From Octopus vulgaris (lineage: Eukaryota), in contig OX597818.1 in the NCBI GenBank assembly GCA_951406725.2, forward strand, positions 117,180,001 to 117,244,000: a stretch of DNA of 64,000 bases, written 5' to 3'. The first letter of the stretch is position 1, and each line of letters begins with the position of its first letter. A program made the translations under genes and the position numbers. A model generated the notes under the pieces. It did not search any database. It saw only the letters and a program-made list of their open reading frames with translations, and was not told the DNA's origin. Positions 39,153-51,246 of this stretch are shown here, piece by piece.

Positions 39153-42100
39153 CTTTTTTTTTTCTTCTTTCAAATTTGATTCCATTTCTTGCCGAGTATC
39201 TTCCCGACTCCTAGGGCAAAGAAACTCATAGTATACATTGGTAGGCCATTAAACCAAACTCAATAGTTCGTTCATTTAAAATTTTTTTTTTTTTTTAAGT
39301 TAAATTAAAATACATGAGCAGCAACAGTTCTCACATCGACAATGCTCTTCTCAATACGTGTGATGTACCAGTTAAGACAATCTTTTGCACTTCTTGCAGG
39401 GATGGTAAGCCAGGGATCATTCTCATATAATTTTCGGTTCCCTTCTTGATAATTCCTAGTGCTCCTACGATCACTGATATTGTAACCGCCTTGAGATGCC
39501 ACATTTTCTCAATTTCAATGAGTAGGTCTTTATATTTTCTGAGCTTGTCAAACTCTTTCGCTGAGATATTATGATCACAAGGGATGCTCATGTCGATCAA
39601 TAAGCAAACATTATTGTTTTGATCTTTCACAACAATATCTAGTTTATTGTCCTTGATGGTTCGGTCTGTATGTACTGGAAAGTCCCACAGAATGGTTACA
39701 TTTTCTCCTTCAGTTACAGCCTCAGGGTGGTGATTATACCACTTGTCGGCAGTTTTGATATTGTAATGCCGACTTATTAGCCAGTGTAGATATTGGCCAA
39801 CTCTGTCATGTCTTAATTTATACTCCACTGGTGCTAAGACTTTACATCCAGAGATTAGGTGGTCCACTGTTTCAATCATGTCGTTGCAGAATCGGCATTT
39901 TAGGTCTGCTCCATTTTTCATCACATTGGCCTGGTAGTTCCGGGTTAATAGGCTTTGATCTTGAGCAGCCAGGATGAAACCTTCGCTCTCTGCTTTTAGC
40001 CCTGAGCTCGGTAGCCACTGATGGGTTTGCTTCTGGTCAACATCAGCTTGTTTGCTGCGGGTCACATATTTGCCGTGCAGAGGTTTCTCCTCCCACCTAT
40101 CAGCCAATTGCTCGTGCGCTTTTTTCGTTGCCATTATTTTTACCTTCTTTGCAACAATAGTTGCCGTACTTCCCTCGGGTTGTTCAGTTTGGGTATCCTG
40201 CACGAGATCAATAGCAAATTTTTTGCTTTCCTTTATGATAGAATGAAGCTTCTTTCGTCTCTCGTGATTTTCCACGAGCTTTAGCATCCAGTCATTCGTT
40301 ATTTCGAGATATTTGGCCAGTCCAATTGTGGTTGTTTTGTAAGCTAGTTCAAATTGGATCAGGCCTCGACCTTCTTGGGCTCTGGGAAGGTAAAGGCGAT
40401 CTACGTCTGCCTTTGGGTGGTGCATTCTATTACAACTCAGCAGCTTGCGTATTTTCCTATCAATATTCTTTACTTCACTCATATTCCAGTTCAACACATT
40501 GTAGCTATAAGTAACAACTGGAACTGCTAAGGAATTTATAGCTAACACCTTGTTACGTGCATTTAGTTCAGATTTCAGGACTGCATGAAATCTCCTATAA
40601 CATTCCTTCTTGATCTTCTCTTTCATGCTTGCATGCTGAATACCAGAGCCTTCATTTATCCCTAAATATTTGTATGTTTGTTCTTGCTCAAGCTCTCTTA
40701 TGACTGTGTCAACATCTAACACGACTGAATTTGTGGTCTTCACTTTCCCTTTCTGGAAAGTGGCCTTGGCACACTTCTCAAGTCCAAACTCCATCCCGAT
40801 GTCATCGCTGAATGCTTTCACAGTGCGCAATAGGCCTTCAAGTTCATTATTGTCTTTACCATAGAGTTTTAAGTCATCCATATAAAATAGATGGCTTATT
40901 TTTTTATTGGCAATTTTATACCCATACCCTGTTCTGTTTAATTCACTTGTAAGGGTATTAGGGCTATGCAGAATATTAAAGGTGAAAGTGAGTCACCTTG
41001 AAAAATTCCACAGTTGATGTTTATATTTTCTGAGGCAAGTACTCCATTAGAGTGGTATAATTGGAGATTCGTATTCCACAACGACATATTGTGCTTCAGG
41101 AAGTTTGAAATCACAGGGGAAATTTTGAAGATGTCCAGCGATCTCAAGATCCATGGATGCGGTATACTGTCGAAGGCCTTTTTATAGTCAATCCATGCGG
41201 AGCTGAGATTTCTGCGCTTGTTGTGACAGTTCTCAAGGATCATACGATTAATTAGCAGTTGATCTTTGCATCCGTAAGAACCTCGGCGGCACCCTTTTTG
41301 TTCAATGGGGAAAATATCGTTCTTCTCCATGAATGCATATGTTTTCTCCGCCAGGATAGATGTTAGGATTTTATACGTGGTGGATAGACAGGTTATAGGC
41401 CGATAGTTTTTTGGAAGGTTGGTTTCGTTATTCTTTGGGAGTAGGTAAGTAATACCACTTGCTAACCATTCAGGTGTTTTCTTTGGGTCTCTCATAATTC
41501 CATTGAGCAGCTGAACTAGCTTACCGTGTGCGCATGGGAGCGATGCGAGCCAGAAATTCGGCACCCTATCTTTACCGGGGGATTTCCAATTATGGGCCTT
41601 CGTGAGTGCCTTTCTTAGGTCTGCTATTGTGATGTCTTCCCATGCTTGTTGTTGTAAATTTTGGTAGGATCCTTCAGTTTGTATAATCCAGTCTGCATTT
41701 ATGTTGTACGTCTTCTTGTTACTCCAAATCCTTTCCCAAAAGTTTTAAACTTCTTCCATGGGAGGGGCGTCTTTAACGGTTACTTTCTCCTTCCCTATTT
41801 CTCTGTAGAATTCTTTGGCATTGGATGTGAACAGCTTATTTTGCTTGTAAAACTTGTTTCTCTTCTCAAATCTTCGTATTCTTTGGGCTTTTGCTTGGAC
41901 TTTTTGTTTCAGCGTTTCTTTTATTGATATCAGTTCTTCTCTTGGTGAGGATCCAAATTTTCTCTTCATCTTTCTTCCTGTTCTGGATCTTACATCATTT
42001 CCACATATTAGTTCATTTAATATTGATATTTCCCCTATCATAAATTCAATCTCTTTTTCAATTTTACTTCTCCAGGTTTGATTTCTTTCCAGGTTTGGTT

Positions 42101-43130
42101 TTCTTTGTTTCTTCGGGGGCATACAGCTGGTTTCAATTGCCCTAGCAGAAGCGTAAATAATTTCATTTAACTCAGTAAAATCAGGTATTAATTCTTGTAT
42201 TATTGCATTTGTTACATAGTTGCCAATTTGGATTTGTTTTTTATTTTGGTTTGTATTTGAGAGTTTATGAAGTGGTTCTCTATCATTCATACTTGTATAT
42301 CTTACAACTTCAAGCGTATTCAGGATTTTCTGCCTCATTTCTGCCATAGACTCTCAGTGTTCTTCAGCAAATGCGAGATCTTCAGTTACTGTTGTTTTAT
42401 CATTTTCCTGGCTATCTTTAACAGGTACAATAGAATTTCTTGTATCTTCAGGCCTTTGCGTACTTTGGTCAGATGGCAGTCTTTCAATTAAGCCTCGTGG
42501 CGGGCTATACTGTTCATCTGATTCTGCATTTCCTTTGTGTCTTATATTTATGTCATTTTCCGTTACGTGCTTGATCGCGCTTATTTCACTGTCTGTGAGT
42601 CTGTTATTTTTAAGGATATCCCTCCTCACATTTGCTAATTTCTTCTCGTCCAAATAGGGCCTACTGCCTTGATTCCGTGTTCTCTATATACTGTAAGAGT
42701 TTGCGGTGTGTCTCTCTTGAGATGGCCTACCTAATGCATAGTAATAAGCGTATATTACTTCTTTATACTCTTCTCGGGTCCATTTGTTCCGCTTACATTT
42801 TTCTTTCTGTGGTGGTTGTGGTGGTGAACTTGGAGGGCTCGAGTTGGGGGATTTCCCGTTCAAGTGACCATCCATGTCCGTATTCGGAGAAGAGTTTGTG
42901 CCAGTTGATGACTTTTCGATCCCAGGCTGGCTCTTCCCTGAGGGACGCGCTTCCAGATTAACCATAGGACAAGCGATTTGTTATACTGATTTAGTTTTCC
43001 TTTTAGTTTCCAAAAACATTTTGGTGCTACGATAATGTTATCATTTTTGAGCTTTGATTGGCTCGTGGGGAGACGGCCATCATTGCCTTTACAATTATAA
43101 TCGTACCATTATAGCAGCCGTAGTCCGCTT
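39153..43130 (-). mobile_element. Near full-length R4/Dong-clade non-LTR retrotransposon (RT + CCHC + restriction-like endonuclease)
   Basis: Five ORF pieces join into one reading frame of about 1210 codons: Myb-like KWTREEYKEV; RT motifs NYRPITCL, WIDYKKAFDS, GIFQGDSLSP, YMDDLKLY; CRFC..ETVDHLISGC; RHD; D..IP..KYKDL. The 3' UTR abuts (TAA)n and the 5' end abuts TAA/TGA repeats. Confidence 0.93.
39331..42965 (-). pseudogene. Disrupted RT-RLE polyprotein of the R4/Dong element
   Basis: In-frame stops at 42684, 42354 and 41745; one frameshift near 40945; endonuclease PD motif reads LD. Confidence 0.9.
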
Positions 43131-43642
43131 ATTATTGTTATTATCATCACCATTATTATCACTATCATCATCATCACCACCATTACCATCATCATTATCA
43201 TTATCACCATCACCATCATCATCAATGATATTGTTTTATGTGTAGTCACAGCAGTATCTTATTGTTATTTTTGTTTTTTATCATTATCACCATCACAGTA
43301 GTGTCTGTCTGTCTCGTTGGCTGGCTTGGTGGTTGGCTGGCTGACTGTCTTCAACGCCAGAGTTCTTGCCTGTCAAATAATACTTTCATATTTGGTTAAC
43401 AATAGAGCCGAGGTGAGGTTTGTGTTGGTTGAACTCTTTGAGTGTGTGTGTGTGTGTGTAGATAGATAAATAGATTATCAGCACTATTACTATCATTATT
43501 ATCATCATCACCATCATCACCATCACCATCAGTGATATCTTTTTATTTTTTTATTTTATTTTATTTTTTTCTTTTAGGTGGGGGTCCTATCGGTAAAAAA
43601 AAGTTCAAATGTTTACTACTATTAGCCGTAAGAAAAATTAAG

Positions 43643-44541
43643 GAAGGGGTGTTCTGTATTGTTTGTGAATAGAGAAGTTGTGTCCGACCAGAGAGAATCT
43701 TAGCATCATTATTATTTTTTTTCCATGTGCGTTTGTGTTATTGCAATAAAAAGTATTTGTATATTTCGTGTAAGGTAATATGTGGAGGTTGAAGTTGAAT
43801 TTTCTAGAGTTGTTTGTATGTCCAGTTAGAAGAACAGGTGTGTTTTTGCAATAAAAAGTATAAGTTTACATTTATATTTGAATATTCAGGGAGGAAGCAA
43901 AGAAAAGTCAGATTTTCATAGAAAGTTTTAGGGCTTTGTAAGTTCACAAAAAAGAAAAGCGTGATGTTTTTAGAGAGAAGAAAAAAAGGATGTTTACATA
44001 GGCAATTGTGGGTATTAAAGTTTCTAAAGCTGGTCGAATGTATGATTGAAAACTGTAGATATGTAAATTTGTAAATTTCTCAACTTATTTTGAAGGGCTG
44101 CTCTGTACTATTTGTGAATAGAGAAGTTGTGCTCGACCAGAGAGAATCTCAGCATCATTACCCTTTCCATGTGCGTTTGTGTTATTGCAATAAAAAGTGT
44201 TTGTACACTTCGTGCAAGGTAATATTGTGGAGGCCGAAGTTGACCCTTCTAGAGATGTTTGTATGTCCAGCTAGAAGAACAGGTGCGTCTTTGCAATAAA
44301 AAGTATATGTTTACATTTATATTTGAATAATCAGGGAGGAAGCAAAGAAAAGTCAAATTTTCATAGAAAGTTTTAGGGTTTTGCAAGTCCACAAAAAGAA
44401 AAGCGTGATGTTTTTAGAGAGAAGAAAAAAAAAAGGGTGCTTACAGAGGCAGTTGTGGGTATTAAAGTTTTTAAAGCCGATCGGATGTATGTTTGAAAGC
44501 TGCAGTTATGTAAATTTTAAATTTCCCAACTTATTTTGAAG
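43643..44541. repeat. Tandem duplication of a unit of about 450 bp (possibly an old L1/Tx1-like fragment on the minus strand)
   Basis: TTTGTGAATAGAGAAGTTGTG...CAACTTATTTTGAAG occurs twice head to tail. The LINE identity is only a weak impression. Confidence 0.9.
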
Positions 44542-44644
44542 AGAATTTTAAATACTCACGAGGTAATGTTCCAGTCTTTGAGAGTTATTTTCCCCCGTTG
44601 CTAAACTGGGTCATATTAGTGTTTCTATGGCTTTCGGCTATTGA

Positions 44645-45032
44645 AAAAAACTTTTACCTGACCGCTCTCAAGGAGCCCATGGGCTCCTTGAGAGCGGTCA
44701 GGTAAAGGTTTTTTGTGCATTTTGATGTCGACATAAGTTTCCTTGATTTTCCTGAAGAGAAATCTGCATAATGTACTCCTTATTCCTTCGGAATTAGGAA
44801 TATGCAGCCTTCGAAACATATGTCGAGAATAAAGGATATTTGTTAACTAGTCGTTCAACTCCATTCTTTCATTACTTATAATTTTAAAATAAACATACAA
44901 ATTTCCGCAGGAAGACACGTAGTCTATGCCCTAGCGACGTAGCTTCAACCGTGTTCTTTCTGATGTGAATTTGCTACCCAGGTATCGGTTATCTTTCGAA
45001 TTATCCTTAATAAGATAATTCATTCAATTACT

Positions 45033-45035
<3 letters not shown>
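44645..45035 (+). mobile_element. HHR-bearing Penelope pLTR-like element with a 5' palindrome, relative of 3916-4540
   Basis: Palindrome 44645-44714 centred on CCCATGGG; shares TCGTTCAACTCCATT and TTTGCTACCCAGGTATCGGTTA with 4350-4490; ends in (TA)n. Confidence 0.8.
44746..44830 (+). ncRNA. Type I hammerhead ribozyme with canonical core
   Basis: Helix I ATTTTC/GAGAAT; CTGAAGA 44752-44758; stem II GAA..CTGCATA/TATGCAG..TTC; GAAAC 44813-44817; palindromic helix III ACATATGT; GUC 44822-44824; AATAAA at 44828. Confidence 0.85.
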
Positions 45036-45077
<42 letters not shown>

Positions 45078-46304
45078 TTGAATTTTACGTACACTCCTCT
45101 ACCTAGCTGTTCGGCAAAAGTTTTCGACTGAATAAATTACAAAAACTTTTAAAAAAAAAGGCTCTAGTCACCACTACCGAATTCTTTGTCTAAACCCTTT
45201 CGGTTGGTGCCTCAGCCTGGCTACAGTCATATGAATGAAACTAGTGAAACGATACAAGAACGCAATAGCGAATATACACTTTATATTTTCATTTTAAAAC
45301 AATCACCCTGAACCGAATTTTTTCGGAGAATAATAATTCATGCTGAGTATTATCGTTCGAGCAAATAACTTCATTAAGACATAGTCTTGATCATATCAAA
45401 CAACGGATTTAAGAATAATATTTTTGATCATAATACTTGTTACCAAAGTAATTAGTGTAACAATCTAATATTCCAAACCAAGACCGACATTTTAAATTAG
45501 TAATTAGACAAGCCAAATTTTAGAATTAAAAATCTCTTGCCTGATTAAACAGTGAAAATTAATAACTGTCGCCTATAATATCAAATTATTAGCTAAAACA
45601 TTTAGTAAGGTGAGGCTGGTTGACATCTATTTCTCTCATCATGGATACATTAGATATTGGCTATTATTCGCCTACATACATGTACACAAACACATGCCAA
45701 GATTTTGTCTCATTTATGGACACACACATACACACATGCAGACAAACATACACGCACAGACATACACACACAGGCATGCTCATACACAGACTCGCGCGTA
45801 CCAACACATTTCTTAAACGAGGAACAATTGAAGTGCCGTACAAACTTTAAATTAAGAACCAACAGTTTCTGTGGACTGCCTATAGAAAACGAAAGTAAAC
45901 TGATTAATGAAAGCTGTGAAAGAGGGAAGACCTATTGTGTTAACATGAATATCGTGCATTTAAAATCCACATCCTGTTTAGCAGGCTCATCTTGTGAGAA
46001 GCATCGCTTCCATAACTTCCCAAACGTTCTGCTTTTATCCTCATTCATGCACATAAAATAACAATCTTGATACGCTCAACACTAAAGCCTACGTTGTCAC
46101 ATTTAATATTGTGAATCCATATATCAATATGCCAATATAAGTAACTAAGTTTATTTACTTATGCGGTACCACAACGTCTTAATAGTAAATCTTTTACAGT
46201 TCTATATTTATGAGATGAGGAATTATGTACCTTATTTATATTATTTACTTTTGATGGATATTTGTCCACATCTTAACCGCTACGGCGTATGCTCTTAACC
46301 ACTA

Positions 46305-46374
46305 TGGCAAAGTGGTTAAGAGCGCGGACTACCGACCCCAAGATTCCGACTTCGATTCTAAGCAGTAACCTGAA

Positions 46375-46375
<1 letters not shown>
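46305..46375 (+). mobile_element. Very short tRNA-like SINE head followed by a (TAC)/(TAA) tail
   Basis: TGGCAAAGTGGTTAAGAGCGCGGACTACC...ACTTCGATTC cloverleaf-like with A and B boxes. Confidence 0.55.
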
Positions 46376-46473
<98 letters not shown>

Positions 46474-46525
46474 TAATAATAATAATAATAATAATGATGA
46501 TAATAATGATAATAATAATAATAAT

Positions 46526-47247
46526 ACAGAGTATCTCAACAGGCACGATAGAGCTGCACAATATATTCACTGGGTAATCTGTAAAAACCTGGATTTGCCC
46601 CATGAAAAAAACTGGTGGGAACACAAACCACCCCCAGTGCTTGAAAATGACCACATCTCACTCCTCTGGAACTTCACCATTCAAACTGACAGGAAGATAG
46701 ATGCAAATAGGCCAGACATCATATTGAAAAACTTCAAACAAAGAACATGCCTCCTCATTGATATGACTGTCCCAATCGATATAAACGTGTCTGTTAAGAC
46801 CTACCAAAAACTGAGCAAATATAAAGATCTTGAAATAGAAATCAGCAAAATGTGGAAGCTGAAGACTAAAACAATACCTGTTGTCATAGGTGCCCTGGGA
46901 ATGATAGAAAAAGGGGCTGATAGCTACCTAACTCAGATACCAGGAAACCCAAAAATGGCAGAAGTTCAAAAGATAGTGCTCATGGGAACTGCTCATATCC
47001 TACGCAAAATACTCTCTATGTAATCTCAAGGTTTAAAACAAACATAATTTTCGGTTTAAAAAAAAAAAAAAAAAAAAACTTTTTTTTTTTTTTTTTAGAC
47101 ATTCATTAGTACAACATCCCCACCCCCCAAATATATGGCACACTAGGCATAACAACAACATGAACTTCCAACCCTGTTGTCTCTTGAGGTCTCTGGGTGA
47201 GACTTGGAGCCAACTTGTACAAATATAAAGCAAAAGTCAAACATAGA
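46526..47247 (+). mobile_element. 5'-truncated R4/Dong element (intact RLE domain + 3' UTR) inside (TAA)n
   Basis: RHDRAAQYIHW...LLWNF...NRPDII...CLLIDMTVP...KYKDL...ILRKILSM, paralogous to the 39331 ORF end. TAA arrays on both sides. Confidence 0.93.
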
Positions 47248-47277
47248 ATAATAATAATAATAATAATGATGATAATG

Positions 47278-47314
<37 letters not shown>

Positions 47315-47325
47315 TGATAATGATG

Positions 47326-47372
<47 letters not shown>

Positions 47373-47397
47373 CATAATAATAATAATAATAATGACC

Positions 47398-47937
47398 TGA
47401 TGCAGTACCAAGCAGTGACTCTCATGGCTTATGATCTTAACTGATTTGAAGTGCTATCATGTACATTGTTTTGTCTTGGTATAAAAGATGGGCTACAGCA
47501 AATATTCTGCTCAATAACACAGATGTGCTTGTCAGTTGTTTGACCTTAACCAGTTGATTATGTCCCTTAGTGGCTGACGATATGTACATCTCTGATCACG
47601 AGCATAAGTAGTGGGGGAGCATCATAGCCATGTGCTGAGACGGATTCTTTGGGGTTTGAATAATTCACCTCTGGAAACATGGGTGTTTCTTTCAACATCC
47701 TTAAACAACCCTTATTCAGGGACAGTTATAGCAGGATGGGCTATTCAGCCTGAAGATAATTCTAACTGGGCCCCATCTGCAAGGTCATGCGCTGTTTGTC
47801 TTGATATGAGATCCCCATGTCGCGCATATATTGTTGTGATGCACTACCCTTAGCAAACGGGTAGTCATGATGGGTATACAGGGATTCGTATATTTTACTC
47901 CAATGTCACTTTGATGGCATGCACTGCTCTCTCACTC

Positions 47938-47938
<1 letters not shown>
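47398..47938 (+). mobile_element. About 550-bp non-coding element flanked by (TAA)n, copy 2
   Basis: Collinear with 12016-12569. Confidence 0.85.
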
Positions 47939-47981
<43 letters not shown>

Positions 47982-48019
47982 TAATGGTAATAATAATAAT
48001 GAAAATGATAATAGTAATA

Positions 48020-48050
<31 letters not shown>

Positions 48051-48061
48051 TGATAATGGTA

Positions 48062-48101
<40 letters not shown>

Positions 48102-48127
48102 CAACAACAACAACAACAATGATAATA

Positions 48128-48191
<64 letters not shown>

Positions 48192-48988
48192 TAATACAAC
48201 CTTTAATATGTTAAATGATAGTACCGTGAATGATAGTGTGTGACAGATATTTACTTAATAATAATCGCAATAAAAAAGGTTAATAGTAATCATGCAATGT
48301 TTTAAAAGGGATCAGATACAAACGTTTTGACACGTTGATAAACGCTGTTTACAAAATGGGGGCAGTATATTATTGCAAAGCGAGGCTGTTAATGATACGC
48401 TAAATGATAGAAAGTAAGCTGTAATCTCCTTTGTTTACATGTTGTTAGTGAATATTAATCTACATGAAATGAAATTACGTGTGTTAATTTTCCGTCCGAC
48501 GTCAGTGAGTATTTTGTTCTGTAGTTGATCGTTGCTGAGATAATATTTCATATACTGAAGCTCATAGAAAAAAAAACAAAAAAACAATTGCATCATTTCA
48601 CGATTCAGGCTGATATGGCAGATATCCTTTTTCTACAAGCCTCTATTAAAAAAAAAAAAAGAAAAAAAAGCATTGCTCGTTGTAATTTGTATTGCTTTCA
48701 CTTGGGCTATCAATCACCTTGCCGGAAGTGCATTAAGACTCTTCTGATTGAGTGTTTCTATCTATTTTGGATAATTCTACTATAAAATATGAGCGTTAAA
48801 TAGCCGAACCGATAATGTAATAGACTTGCGGTTGACATGCCGATTGTTCGTAAATTGCCAACATATATATACGGATATGCACATATATATATATATAAAT
48901 ATATAAATGTGTCTGGGGAGAGTCATTCTCTTTTAGTGCCTTATAATTTAACACACTCACCGGTAACACTTCCACGCATTTCCTTTAT

Positions 48989-49066
48989 TTTTCTAAAATT
49001 TTCCTTGCGTCTTGCACCCTTTTCAATATTGAAAAGGTTGCAAGACACAACGAACATTTTAGAAAA
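48989..49066. repeat. Imperfect palindrome next to a TA tract
   Basis: TTTTCTAAAAT..GTCTTGCA.CCTTTTCAATATTGAAAAGG.TGCAAGAC..ATTTTAGAAAA, centred on 49027/49028. Confidence 0.75.
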
Positions 49067-49119
49067 TGTGAAATGAGACATCATTGCTCATAGCAATCCC
49101 GAGATCCCGCCCGCCCTGA

Positions 49120-50900
49120 GGGCTATTTTGGAATTGCACCACGTAGCAGGTAGCAGAGCGCTTGGAATTTGCCTGCATTTCTTTGCATGCTGTTTTCCTC
49201 AGCCCATTTATATATGGTATCTAGGTCTTTCTGTAGAAGATCAGCATCAGAAGGTTCCTTGAGTGTTTGTAACACCTTTGTGTCATCGGCATGACTAGTA
49301 AGTGTAGCTGTCTGTGTAATTGACAGCATGTCTGATGGAGCCACCATGACCAGCATCGTCTCCAATACAGTTACCTGAAATACCGTAGTTTCTATTACTT
49401 TTTCCTGAGATAGCGCTCCGTTGGTTGCTAGTGCATGGCTTCTGTCTTTTAGAAAGCCGTTCAACCGTTTTCCAAGTTTCCCCGTTAAGTCGAGTCTTCG
49501 AAGCTTGCGACATTTCCTTCCATGATCAACCTTACCAAAAGCCTTTGCAAAGTCGATACGTATCACATCCACGAGCGATTCATTAGTTGTTTCAATATCG
49601 TGTCATAGTGTTGTAAAATCTGTGTAAAGCAGCTTCTTCCTGAGCGAAAGGCAAGCTGACTATCAAGAAGCAAGTCAATATTTTCAAGAAATGCAATTAG
49701 TTTCTTCCTGGCAATACGATCCATGACTTGTCTAACGTCGGAGTTTAGAGAGACAAGTCTATAATTCCCAGTATCTGCTCTACAACCTCCCTTGTGGATA
49801 GGACAATATATTCCTTATATTAACGTTTTGGGAAAGTTTCCCAGTTGTGAGGAAGCTCTGAAATATTATCTGAAATGGTACTTCTTGAGCTCCATTGCGT
49901 TTCTTTAAGGGGATTGCTTGTGAATCCACATGAGTTTCACCTCATTTCATTAATGGCCGATATCACATCAGTTTCCTCTGTTTTAATGCTATAATTAATT
50001 GCCTTTTCGTTGTATAGAGCTGTGGAGCCGAAGAACTGGTTGGGTATAGCTACTTGCAGGTACCCCAACGGAATGGTGAAAGAACTCTTGTACTGCGCAT
50101 TCAGTATTTCACTGATCGTATGGGGGTCTGCAATCAGCGAGCCATTTTCTTCGAACAGTGGCCCTGTTTTGTACCGTACTGAAGCAGACTCTTTTGCATA
50201 TCTATAGAAGGCTTTAGAGTTTGTATTAATATTTTTGACAGCCCTGGCTTCTTTCTCTCCCCCATCTCTCTTATGAGAGTGTTTGAGTTCCTTTTCAATC
50301 TCGAGTGATGTTTTTTTGCGATAGCATCTTTTGTTATCTTCTAGTGGCCTATTTATACGATTCGAGATTTTTATTCGTCGTCTCATTAGAATCCCCCTAT
50401 CCCTGAGTATTGTATCTTTCTTATTTCTTTATTGCCCACAAGGGGCTAAACATAGAGGGGACAAACAAGGACAGACAAGGGGATTAAGTCGATTACATCG
50501 ACCCAGTGCGTAACTGGTACTTAATTTATCGACCCCGAAAGGATGAAAGGCAAAGTTGACCTCGACGGAATTTGAACTCAGAGCATAAAGGCAGACGAAA
50601 AACTGCTAAGCATTTCGCCCGGCGTGCTAACGTTTCTGCCAGCTCGCCGCCTTATGGGTATTGTATCTTTCCGTTTGCTTGGCGTTCTCTCTGGAGCAAC
50701 CTTACTGCTTTTGTCAGGCATGATTGCCATAAAGGGATGTACCTTTATGCTAATAACTTGCGTAGAGAGACTGGGGGCCCAGTTTTGTTCGATGAACTCT
50801 TTTTCTATACCCTTCCATTCAGTTTTGTGAATGTTCAGGATGGAGGGGATTTGGGTGCTTCTATTAGCCTGCATGCCTACAATCTTCTGTGGATCACACA
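49120..50900 (-). mobile_element. Degenerate CR1/L2-group LINE ORF2 (reverse transcriptase) fragment
   Basis: DVIRIDFAKAFGKVDHG, HADDTKV, LQKDLDTIYKWAEENSM.RNAGKFQ; upstream INTNSKAFYRYAK and EILNAQYKSSFT linker motifs; many stops. Confidence 0.88.
50421..50654 (-). mobile_element. Family A SINE inserted in the LINE, with TSD
   Basis: GTATTGTATCTTTC at 50407-50420 and 50658-50671. Confidence 0.93.
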
Positions 50901-51186
50901 TAGTTGGTTCTATTAAGTTATATGAGTGTGTGTGCGTGACTGTACGCGCATATGTCTGTGTGCGTGTGTGAGTCTGTGTGTGACTGTGTGCGCGTGTAAG
51001 TGTATACATTGCTTGAAGTGCTCAGATTTTATATACCAAGGAAAAAGAAGCTAGTTAGAATTTTGATAAAAAATGGCGTATCTAACGCATTCACAATTTT
51101 AGGGATTCATCATAAAGAAAGACATGAAAGCGCTGCATAAATAATATTTTTAACCAAATCGTGACGATCTGCCTTTTCCTTAATAC

Positions 51187-51246
<60 letters not shown>

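Noticed and set aside
43030-43130. Possible HDV-like ribozyme at the R4 element 5' end
   Set aside because: I could not build the nested double pseudoknot by eye; it needs an RNArobo or Infernal search.
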